64,000 nucleotides of DNA. Origin: Bugula neritina. Taxonomy: Eukaryota; Animalia; Bryozoa. Positions 49,172 to 61,200 of the stretch are shown in pieces; position 1 is the first letter of the stretch; the number at the start of each line of letters is the position of its first letter. Location of the stretch: NCBI GenBank assembly GCA_964035545.1, contig OZ037766.1, forward strand, positions 5,260,722-5,324,721, given 5' to 3'. Under the pieces are notes generated by a model. That model did no database searches. It was given only the letters and a program-made list of their open reading frames with translations, and was not told where the DNA came from. Both the position numbers and the translations under genes were made by a program.

Positions 49172-50163
49172 ATGGTTAAATCTTCCACCTTCAAGGAATC
49201 TCAAAGAAAACAGAGAAGTTTATTAAAATCAGTGGTGAAAACAGGAAATGGCACCACCATACAGCACAGACTGTTGAGATCTTTAACTATTACTAAGGAT
49301 GGCAATTTACGCAGTGCAAGTTGTTTAAAGAGGTCAGTAAAGGTTGCAGCTAAATTGAAAATGAGAAGAAGAAATTACCTGCTAAAGAAACATGAGAGTT
49401 ATCTTCAACAAAGGCAAGAATTTCATTACTGGGATGCAGAAACAGTAGAACGAGTTTGTCTGTGGAAAAAGACACGAGCTGACTGTCAGGAAGATCAGAA
49501 ATATCTTGAAAAGTTGTCTAGAGAGGCATACGATTTTATAAGTAACCCTAGCAATGATAGAAAGCTGGCTTTAAACAAAATCAATGAGTTGGAGAAAGTA
49601 ACAAGGAAACTGGATGATAACTTTGAACAGGACTTTATCAGAGTGAGTGATACTTTTATTAGTACATGTTTAGTAGTTACAGTTTTTATTACCATTTTGA
49701 TTGAGATTAAACATGCCATTAAAGAAATTAATTTGTTCAATTTGCAATATAGCTAGCTGTTAAGCTAGCTATATTGCAAATTGAACAAATTAATTTCTTT
49801 AATGATTGATTTATTCAATTTGCAATATAGCTAGCTGTTGAGCTAGCTATATTGCAAATTGAATATGTAGCTGAAAGCTAGCAAAAAAGCTTTTTTACTT
49901 GATTTCAAATTGTTTTTATATCTTGTAATAAGCTGCATTAGAAATAGCATATCTAACTAATAGTAAAACTCTATTCAGTGAATTTTAAAATCCAGACTGT
50001 TGTAATATTGCATTCTAGTTTTTGGTCTCCCCATACTAACAATATATTTTTTTTTCAGGAGTTAGGCCCAAATGTCAGCAGCAGAAGATTATATTCAAGA
50101 GGTGATGGGCCCAGACGATATATTGATATATATCACCCAGATAGTTTTGGAAGTCATCACTAA
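49172..50163 (+). CDS. Uncharacterised 191-aa protein, copy 2 (exons 49172-49642, 50059-50163)
   Basis: Same exon lengths (471+105 nt) and splice sites as copy 1; no stops or indels. Confidence 0.75.
49717..49865. repeat. Perfect 42-bp-arm hairpin followed by a second 25-bp-arm hairpin
   Basis: 49717-49758 is the exact reverse complement of 49763-49804 (loop GTTA). Confidence 0.9.
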
Positions 50164-51596
50164 GACTGTGACTTGAGCCGTGACCTCCCAGTCCCTGCAA
50201 TGGCTGATAGAGCAAAGAACATGGTCAGAAGGAGTACTCATCCAGGTTTTTCTAATACTGACTCTCTTTTATGCAGTAGATTTATTTATTTTGTCATCTG
50301 CAATGGCAATTTAGACCATATCCAAAACTACTTTACATAGTGTACATTGATGTATGGAGCTTACTTTATTTAATGCCCTGTACAGTCACTTAGATGTATA
50401 ATTTAACTTAATGTATATAATTATGCAATTTTATTTATTTCTTATTTATAAATTCATAAATAACTTGTGAAGCTAGCTAGAATTGAATTTAATGTTTATT
50501 TAAATGAAGATTCCTTGTATGTTTGTGAATATATTTATTTTATCTTTCTGTCTTAATTGTAAAGCAAGTAGCTGCTTTTTTCAGTTTAACAAATTAATAA
50601 ATAAACTTTCTTTCTGCTAACATACCTTTTGCTCATTTGTTTACTATTAGCACCTAGCACATAAACACATGCACACATTCCCATATACATATAATATAAT
50701 GCATATACACACAATATGTTGTTAATCTACAAGTGCTGTATTACAAATGAATATTACAAACTTATGTTTTGTTCACCCTAATAGCATGTGTATCTGCAAC
50801 TGCTATTTATTGGATGGAAAAAAAATTCATGCCGAGGTTGAAAAACAGGTTAAACGCTGTTGCTGTCAAAAGCAATTTGCCATTCAAAAAGTATCTGATA
50901 ATAAATATGTGGCAAGTGATGTATGTTATTAAGAGTTATCTTCCTTTATGTGCTATGAGCAGGTGTTGCCCACAGCAAAAATTAGTGTTTGCTGTTTGGG
51001 TTGCTATTCCATAAATTAATAATGTCATGGCCGCATGCCAAAATTAAAAGTACTGGTTTGACAATTATCATGTTGGTCAATTCAAATGAACCATTATAAT
51101 TTCATTTTAGACAGAATTTTCATTTCTTGAGATTTAAAAGATAAAATTTTGAAGAGCTGCCTTCTTCATCTATTTTCTCTTGTTAAACTTTGTAAACAAA
51201 TACTCAAACTTCATTACTTCTGACCCCAACTTATGTTAGTTTTTAAGCACAATTATTATTGCAAATGCCTTTAAATTTTAGTTGTATCAAATTGAAAAGG
51301 TAAAGATACTTTTTTAAACCAACAGCTACCTAGTTATTTTGGGAAGGGGAGTTGTTTTCCCGGTTCATAAGTTTAGTTAATGTTTAAATGCATGTGTAGT
51401 GTCCCAAGTCTACTGGTTTAGTTATAGAAGTAGAACTTTAGCCATGCTGTGTCCTTGAATATATCAGTTTATCTGCAGTCAGTCTTTATCTGCAGTCAGT
51501 CTTTATCTGCAGTCAGCTTATCTGCACTTAGTATGTATCTGCTGTTAGTTTATCTGCAGTCAGCTTATCTGCAGTCAGATTTTATTTTTATTTTAG

Positions 51597-54314
51597 TTTG
51601 GAGAATCTCAGAAGTTGAGATTAGTGCGAATTCTTAGAAGTACTGTGATGGTAAGAATAGGGGGAGGTTGGCAGGCGTTGGACAAATTTCTGGTGAAGAA
51701 TGACCCATGTAGAGGTAAGAACACGAGCTAGTAAATGATTAAATTTATATTAATAATAATAATGATTAGTTATTGATGTATTATTAATTATATTAGTTTT
51801 ATTAACATTTTCTAAGAGTTGTCTGTTCAAAGTCATAACTGAAATCTGCTACTTCTGCACAGGGCAATGGGTGTAGTTAAATCATAATCTATAATAGCTA
51901 TACACACAATTACCTTACATTATGGAACTTCATACCATTTACATGTCACTTAGAATTTTAATATTTATAAAATGTTTACATAAATTATTTGTCACTTCCT
52001 GTTTGCAGTGTGCTCGCGGTCGCCACACATGAGGCGATTATCTGTGTCAAGAGGGGCAACTCCTGATTTAGCCCTCGTCTACTTTCTAGGTTGATATAGC
52101 TTGATATATGCATGTGCCTTTCAAACATTGAGAAGTTATGAGTTCTTGTTGTACAGCTACTTTAGTGCTGTTTAGCCTCAGTTCTAAGTTGTATATATAC
52201 TAGCAATTGGATGCATTGAATATCTTAGACTAACACTGCTTTGCCTATAGCCTGTTTTCCATAAATACCACTCGTTTGCTGCTATATCTACAGTGTTGAC
52301 AATACAATGTAGATATCATCGTGAGCTGCCAATACAGACATCACGCTAAATAGAGAATGTCACACACCTGTTCAGTGTCTTCTACGTGTTACTGTAAGGT
52401 TATGGGGCCAGAAATAATGAAGTTCTTAAATTCCTTACATAGCATCTTTTTATGAATCTTCTGGTGCCGTAACTTTTCTGTAACACTTATCACTGTATGT
52501 AAGCTATAAAGGCTTACTGCATATTCTTTTACGTATGTGCATGTTGTAGACATATTATATTTATTACATAGCTGTGTACTAACTACACTTATCTTCTCAT
52601 GTTTAGTTAAAGCACAAAATGCTTTTCAACTCGTTTTAACGTTGTAAGAGAATGTCATCACCCATCTGCTTGTTTCAAATGATGATTTTAATTTGGCTTA
52701 TCATTATAAAAATGTATGAAATGTTAAAATATTTCTATCCTTTACTATTATGATTGAAGACAACTTGGAATGGTTTTATTTTGCATTACCAGCTAAAGGA
52801 AGAACAAATACAGAGTTGAGAGAGAAGTTTATTTTGTCTGAGAATGTTGTTGGGCAGGGAATGTCTAGTTTCACCAACAAGCCAAGCACCAGCAGCAAGT
52901 TGTCAGGTGGAACTCGCTCCGGCAGCACTACTCCAGTGAGTCATATGGCAGCATAATTTTATATTATCACTTCCGCTAATTCAACTTTGCAACATATGTT
53001 CTTTGATATGTTCTCTCTCAGCCTTTTAGGTATTACGAATAAAACATGTAGAGAGAAGTGAAAAAGACACATTGGTAATTTAATGCCAAATACACAAATT
53101 GATTATTTTAAAATTATAGCTCTGGTGACACTTCACTCGAATAGAGTTGGTTTAGGTCTTTAGGATATCAACCTTTAGTTACCACACAAGACAGGTCATT
53201 GTGTAAACAATTCAATACTATAAAGTATAAACCATCCATCTCTTAAGCAAGTGATTTATGCAGTGAAATTAAATAAAACTGTCCTCAGTTAAATTGACTT
53301 ATTGGCTAAAGCACCATCTCAGAAAGCAATAGAGACTTTATCTGTTGTGTATCGCTATTAGGGAATGACGTTATGTATGTATTAGTTTTATTCTAACAAG
53401 TTTCAATGCAGCTATAATAAAATGCACAGACAATAAATAAATAAAACTACCATTTAACATGTTATTCAGAATATGTAGAAATGCACTTTGACAGAGCAAG
53501 TAGCCAAGCTCAATACATTTGGAATAATCTCTAGGTTTTTTGTAACTGTTAACTAGAGCCAAAAAAAAAAACATTTTACAGCTAAATACATTTAACAATT
53601 AAACTATTTGTAAGATATCCATATTCGTTATATAATAATAACCTATTATACATTTGACTGCGTAGTGTTGTAAGATCGGCAACACTAGATTTAGGTGCTG
53701 CTTCGACAATTATAGTGAATCTAAGCTGCCAAGCCACTGTGTGCCACTCTGTGTATGCATGAGTTAATATGTTGTAGATAAGCCACCCCTATCACAGCCA
53801 TTACGGCCACAGTCATCATCTCACACCCCCTACGCCTGTTCAGAGAGGGACAACTCCTGATAGAGAGGTCTCTGCTATCATGTCATACAAGACCAGGGAG
53901 TCTCCTTCCTACACTCATTTAGGTATTTGTTGCCAGCTCAGGGTATATCCAGCACATTTTAACAGAGATTCCGAGTAAACTAAATCTATTCAAGCATCTT
54001 AGGTTTACTTGTATCAAGTTTGTTTGCTTATTTCATGCGTACAGTTACAGTGGTATATTTACGTCAACAGCCATTACATGTATATATTGTGAACAACTAG
54101 ATATTATTTATGTTCAGGTGGGGCAACCAACAGTCTCTCTTCTTCAAGAGCATCAAGTAGATGTTCAGAAGTTAGTGAAGATGCTGAACCATATGCAGTA
54201 AGGGATACAGCGGACAACAGCAGGACTACCCCATCTGGTCACAATTCAGTTGGTCCCAAGTCTAGGATTCCTCTCTCTAGAAATTCTTCCATGCGAAAGC
54301 CGTCATATCGTTGA
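51597..54314 (+). pseudogene. Duplicated spectraplakin GAR/SxIP exons (51597-51714, 52793-52935, 53778-53922, 54118-54314); pseudogene fragment or alternative 3' end
   Basis: Same lengths and splice sites as the originals, open frame to TGA; the preceding GAR exon copy (~50813-50910) is damaged. Confidence 0.65.
53032..53689. mobile_element. 658-bp unclassified insertion with 7-bp TSD
   Basis: Absent from unit 1 (…CCTTTTAGGTGCTGC…); flanked by TTTAGGT at 53025-53031 and 53690-53696. Confidence 0.75.
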
Positions 54315-54500
54315 CTGCCATGACAGTGAACTATATGGTACCTCTAGACACCATAAGAGTTGAGAGAGGTTTAGAGGAAATGATGCATCACATTTGAATG
54401 TATTGACTAAAAAACATGTTTTTTTTTGTTTCACACTGCTCTACGTGATCAGTAGCTGCCCAATGTGACTGTTTGGAGTTGTCTGGCCCACAACTCCAAG

Positions 54501-55245
54501 TGTAAACTATCATCCCTGGTTTGTAAACAGGCACAATGTGGTCTTCAGTCTCTACTGATGTTTTATTGGTAAAACTGTCGTGAAAACTACAATTAATGAA
54601 ATTGTGAATATGCTATAATGAATGATAATATGTGATAAAACTTTTATCAGTGATAATTTGACATTAACTAATAAGCTTCAAATAAAGAACAAGTCTTGCT
54701 ATAAAAATCAGTATACACCATCTAAATTATTAAAATTGATATTAAAAAAAAGATAATACAAATGCCATAAATGATTGTCAAAAATACTACAATAGCAATA
54801 ATTACCTTGTTAGACCATCCAGGAATGGAGCTTATAACTTTGATGTTAATGTAGTAGGTATTTATTCTCTACTTTGACAATATTGATTTAAATGCAACAA
54901 AATATTTAATATAACATAAGTGAAAAGTTACTCAGCAGTTTATGCTACATGTTAGCTGACTGAAAGTGTAGCATAGAATGAGAGCTGAGAGTAAAATATA
55001 CTTCAATGGATGAATCATTTCAGGAAGCTGATGGTGTAAAAAACTATTTATATAACTTAGTCATAGTGAAATCATACACATGAGGAAATCTTGTTGACTT
55101 TCGTGTGCAAATTTGTCATAGCTATAAAAGCAAAACAGCTACATATACATGACTAATGTAATGGTTTTCTAATTATGGGCACGTTGGTTAACTTTGTTTG
55201 TTTTGATGAGAGCAAGAAATTTCACTGGCATTCCAATTAATTACA
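54501..55245 (-). repeat. 3' LTR of BEL/Pao element
   Basis: Direct repeat of 62377-63121. Confidence 0.96.
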
Positions 55246-55292
55246 CTCCCACCTGAAATTTCTAAAAGTGACTTGTAATTTTGAATGTATGT

Positions 55293-58200
55293 TTAGCTCG
55301 ATCGGACTAGTACAACTAATTTTGATATTGGTCGAATTAAATAGACTCTTTTATTGGAGTCTTTGGGGTATGTTTTACTACCAACAAGCACCTTAACTGA
55401 TCTAACAACGCTGTCATGAGACAGGTTGCATTCTACGACACGTGCTAAAGGCCACTGATTTCTTACTGTATTGTCATCACACAGTAGAACGATATCCCCC
55501 ACCTTGATCTCTGGTACTTTATTTACCCATTTTTGCCGCGACTGTAAATAAAGCAAGTATTGCTTGCGCCATCGTGTCCAAAATTCATTTGCCAACTGCT
55601 GGACCACTCTCCAACGCTTCCTCGCATATATGTCTGCCTCCTCAAATGTGCTTGGAGGTGGTAGAACAACGTCAGACTTCATAGTCAACAACATGTTTGG
55701 GGTGATTGGAAGCATGTCATCAGTTGTTGAGGTTAATGGGCGACAGTTTATGATGGCCATCACTTCATAAAACAAAGTTCGTAGCAAAGAGGTAGAGAGC
55801 CTCCCACCATGTCTCGTTCCAAGGCCTTGTAGCACAGAGCGGATAGTCCTTATCTGCCTTTCCCACACTCCTCCAAAATTGCTAGAGTGAGGAGGGTTGA
55901 AATTCATTGTGATGTTCATAGATTTAAGTTTGCTGTCGGTCCCATCACTTTGTAGAAGACTCGCGGCACCAATGAAGTTGGTACCTTGGTCTGATTGAAT
56001 TGTCTGAATTGGACCCCTAATGGCTACCACAGTCCTGATAGCGTTTATAAAGCTGTCAGTAGTCATGTCCTCTAAAAGTTCAATGTGAACAGCTCGTGAG
56101 GCCATACATGTGACTATCAAGCCATATCGTTTCGATTCCTTTCTACCATCCTTGACAATAAAAGGGCCGAAACAATCTAATCCACAGTGGGTGAAAGGAG
56201 GGGCTTCGTTAACTCTCACTGATGGTAATGTTGCCATTTGTGGTGTCAAGGGTTTAGCTTTGATTCTTTTACATGTTACACAGAGACGTAGCTTTGATGA
56301 AATTGTGGATTTACCACCGATGATCCAAAATCCCTGTGATCTTATTCTAGACAGAGTATACTCTAAGCCAAGGTGTCCTAGTTTTGCATGTGTGTCATTT
56401 ATGATAAGCGTAGTGAGATGACTATGCTTAGGTAAGAGTAAAGGATGTTTTTCTTCGAATGATAGCAATTTACTGTTTTGTAGCCTTCCTCCCACCCTGA
56501 GTAGACCCGCCTTATCTAGAAATGGGCATAGTTTTGCAATGGAGCTATGCTTAGATGTAGTCTGAGTTTGTTGGAGTTGCTTGATTTCTGGAGTGAAGAA
56601 TTCTGATTGAACTGACTTGACCAAAGAGTGTAACGCTTTTTGGCGTTTCTCTTGCTGAGTGAGAGGGGTTTTGCATAGTGCTGTTTGGATTCTAGCAATA
56701 ACCTTAAGAGTGTAATCTAGGTTAGAGAAAATGGTTATACGCTGACTAAGAGGAGCAAGGATGTGTTGAGTGGCTAATGAAACTTTCACTTCTTGATCGT
56801 CATGTGAGTTGATGAATTTTTTCTGATGAGGGAGTATGAGAGGTTCATTCCACAAGAAGTCTGGTCCTGTGAACCAAACGCACTCAGGAGAGAAAATTTG
56901 CTTTGGTGATAACCCACGTGATGCATGATCTGCAGGGTTGAGTTTAGTTGGGACATGAAACCAGTTGTCGGCATTGGAGCCGTCACGGATTTGCTGAACT
57001 CGATTTGCAACAAATGTGTGATATCTAGCCTGTGTGTTCTTTATATAACCAAGAACTACTTCTGAGTCAGAATAAAAGTACTGAGCTACATTGTCCATAC
57101 CTAGCTCTTCTGCTGCCTTGAGGCTTAAATCTACAGCCCCACGTGCTGCTTGAAGTTCCAATCTGGGAACAGTAATAGCTTTGAGCGGAGTGACACGACC
57201 TTTGCTACAGATTAAAGCAACATGCACACGTTTGGCTGGGCTTACAAATCGCAAGTAGGAGCATTGGCCGTAGCCCGTTGTACTCGCGTCGCTAAAAGTA
57301 TGGAGCTCAACCTTAGCAGGTGTTCCAAATGATGATGGTACGTAGTTTCTAGGAATTGATAGGTGTTCAAGATCTTTGAGGCTTTGTTTCCATGGCAACC
57401 ATTTTGCCAGCATGCTTTCATCTAAAGGATCATCCCAGTCTAAATGTTTTCTGCAAAGATCTTGGAGAACCATTTTACCTTGCAGTATAACCGGTGATAT
57501 GAGGCCAAGTGGATCAAAGACCGAGGCTACATTTGAGAGCACACCTCGTCTAGTGTTGGGCTTATCAGCGAGATTAACTTGAAACTGAAAGGAATCTTGC
57601 TCAGAATTCCACATCAATCCCAAAGTTCTTTCAGTTGGAAGACAGTCAGAGTTTAGGTCAAGATCATGCAGAGTTGCAGATTGTTCAGATTTGGGGAATG
57701 AATTTAATACTTCTTTCTCGTTAGAAAGAATCTTGTGCAAGTGTACTTTACCTTGTTGGCAAATTCTCATTGCCTCAGTAAGTACTTTTGTTGCAGATGT
57801 TGCGTCAGGCATACTAAGCAAGCCGTCATCCACATAGAACTGATTTCTAATGAAGTTTCGGGCTTGTTGACTTGATGGATCATCTGTGCTGTATTGGTCA
57901 GCCAGATAACGTAGGCCATATGTTGCACATGCAGGAGACGAGGTCGCTCCAAACACATGCACTTTCATGCGGAACACTGCTATTTCACCACGTTCATCTA
58001 GCCAGAAAAATCGGAGATAATCTGTATCTTCCGTTGCAACACGAAATTGGTGAAACATTCGCTCAATATCACATGTAACAGCAATCTGTTCCTGGCGAAA
58101 GCGAAGGAGGATACCAGTTAGACTGTTTAGATGATCTGGACCTGTCATGAGATAGTCGTTTATGCACTTTCCATCTGTCTTTGCAGCACCATCGAAGACT

Positions 58201-61200
58201 ACTCTAATCTTGCCTGGCTTCTTTGGATGCCATACCTCGAAATGTGGTATGTACCATGTGCTGTCCTCATGGCTAGCTAAGCCTTGTGGAACTATTTCAG
58301 CCTCACCCTTGCTAATGAGGTCTTCCATGAACTTTTTGTACTGGTTTTCCAAGTTTTGATTCTTAGAGAACTTTTTCAGTAGTGAATTGAATCGGTTTTT
58401 TGCTGTTTTAAAACTGTTATTTCGTGGTGGTTTGTGTTTGAAAGGTAGAGGCATGGTGACATGACCATCAATGATCTTTGTTTCTTGTTTCATGAGAGAC
58501 AAAAATGCTCGGTCTTCTACAGAAGCCGCTTCTTTGTCTGTTACACATTCCTTGAAATCTTGAGCCAATATATTTATGATTTTGTTGATTTGTTTTGATG
58601 TTTCAGTTTGGCATTTGAAAGATACTGTGGTTTTAGCTTTCTTGGGTGAATGAGTTACGGTTTTATTGACTATTGTTGTTTTGCTGCCTGAATTGTCATC
58701 ATGTGTGTTATTTGTAGCTAGACTACCCATGATAACCCACCCTAGGTCAGTACGTACGCCAAATGGTTCATCGTCTGCGTCGTTTCCCACTACTACCTCT
58801 CTAGGTTTGAAGGCTAATGGGCAGTTGCCTCCAATGAGTAGACCTACTGAAATGTTTTGTCCCTTGACCATGTTTTTTGCCAAGTCTTGTAAATGTGGCC
58901 AGGCGGTAAGAGCACCCGCCTGTGGAATAGACTCATACTTAGCAGGTATTTCTTCTGCAGAATACACATTAGGAAGTTTCACCTCCTTATTGCAGCTATA
59001 TCCTTTGATAATTAGGTCATCGGTTACCATTGTATCTAGCTCAAAGTTTTGGTGTGTCATTGTTGCCATTGGCAGTTTAGTTGGTTTTTTGGTGCATGTG
59101 AGTTGTTCAACAATAGAATTGGTTATATAACATGAGTCGCTGCCTGAGTCAAGGTTGGCATATGTTAATACTTTTGTATGTGGATCTTTGACAGAAGAAA
59201 CCCAAACAGGAAGAGTCATAGACATGAGTGTTTGTGATGTATTTATGGAAAGATTATTGCATACTGTGCTATCTTTATTTTGGTTTGAACATTGCATTTT
59301 ACTTTCATATGCTTGCTTTGTGGGTTGAGATGTGTATTTCTGGTGAAATATTGTGGGATGAGCTTGCTTACATGTCTCACATACTGGTTTCATGTTGCAG
59401 TTTTTGTAACTGTGACCGCTTACGGCACATTTGAAACATAAGCTGTTGCTAGCAAGGAAGTCATTTACTTGTTGAGCAGAAAGTTTTGCTAAATTCCAGC
59501 AGTGAGCAGTGTGGTGTTTCCATCTGGGTTTTTTGTTTGAGAGGCAGTATGCACATTCTGGTTCTTTTCTCTGCTTTTGGTCAAATGACAGGCTGTTTTG
59601 TTGTTTTGCTGACTGGCTGTCAGTGTGTTGTGACTTATTAGCATGTTTTTGTTGATTTTTGACTAATTCTGAAGTTTTTGAAACTATTGGTGTTGGTAAT
59701 GTTGTTTCAGATTTTAATGTAATTGAGTGTTTGCTGTTGTTTTGTTTGGTGATTGGCTTGAATGCAGTTTTACTGGACCCACTTTTATATTTTTCTCTCA
59801 AATTGCTACAAGAAATTTTAGCCTCATGTGCTACAAAGTCTGCAAATTTATGAAAGGAAGGGAACACTTTTCTCTTTTCCTCCTCTGCAATGGCATGTCT
59901 TAACCATCGTTCTTGAAGGTTGTTGGGCAGAACACTCGCTAGCTTTTTGTTCTCCCGTTTTCTGTCCAGGACTTTCAAACCAGATATCTGCCTTGAGGCA
60001 GATAGACATTGGTTTAAGAAGTAACTGTAACTCTTGAGAGATTTGGCATCAGTTACTCTAGGCCATGCTTCTAGTCGGTCTAGAAACTGCTCTTCAATCA
60101 GCTCTTTCGAACCAAACTCAGTTTCGAGAGCATGTAATGCATCTTGATACGCATTTGAACTTTGCAATGAAAAATAGCCCCTTATAGCCTGCTTGGCATC
60201 GCCATCCACATACTCTCTCAACAAATGGAGCTTCTGTAAATCGGTATATGGACAAGAACCAATCAAACCATCAAAGGCCAGCTTCCAATCTGCGTACTCA
60301 AGCGGATCACCAGTAAACTTGTCAGGAGTGGGAAGATGATTGGCTTGCATTGTCATAGCGGCGGCCATTGAGTCACCTATACTCTTCCCTATAGCAGCAG
60401 AGAAATCTGTAGTGGTCAGATTGGTAAGTGGGTTAGGTGATTGCAAGTGTGTATGTGTGGGATGAGTATTTTGGTGTGTGGGAAGATGAGCAGCTGAGTT
60501 GACTTGTGGATATTGTTCATAAGGATCTTTGTGGATACCTGGGCTTTGGTGAGGCAACTCCTCCTTAGTCATTAAAGACTGCTTTATATCGTGAGCTGGT
60601 TGACCTCCAGTTGATGGGAATTGATTTGAGAGGTCAATATGATGTGGAGAATGCAGAAATGGTGAAGGCTTCGATGAGTTATGAGATGCTCTATAAGGGG
60701 GTCTCATGAGAGTATCTCTAAGCTCAGTTTCAAGCTCATCGTCTAGGGCTTGCTGAAATGCATTGAGCTGAGCTTTCTCTGCATCGATTTCAGCTTTGAG
60801 TTTCAGCTCGGCAATGTGGCCTTTGCGAGTGAGGATTTGCTCTTTGTGCTTGAGCTCAAGACGCTGTATTTCCTCTTCAACCTGCCGAGCTTCACACTCT
60901 GCTTGAAACTTTGCTTCAGCAGCAGCAACTTTAGCCGCAGATTTAGCTAATTGAGCTTTATAGTATGATGCATTAGATTTGGAGGATCTAGATGTACCAG
61001 TAGTTCTTGTTTTCCAAGAACCACTAGCGGAATCAGGTGCATGAGATGAGGATATGTCACTAGATCCAGAATGTCTGGAATTGCCAATATGGTGACTAGA
61101 ATGATGAGATTTCTTTGACTTGGAGTGATTAGATTGATAATCAGAACTATGTACGCTGACGGATTTGGCAGGCCCAGCGCGTTCCGACTCAACTGAATTT

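Larger units (their letters stand above)
47044..50725 (+). repeat. Tandem duplication unit 2 (internal ~3-kb deletion)
   Basis: Matches 40404-40745, then jumps near 47370 to the sequence of ~43747-47043. Confidence 0.9.
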
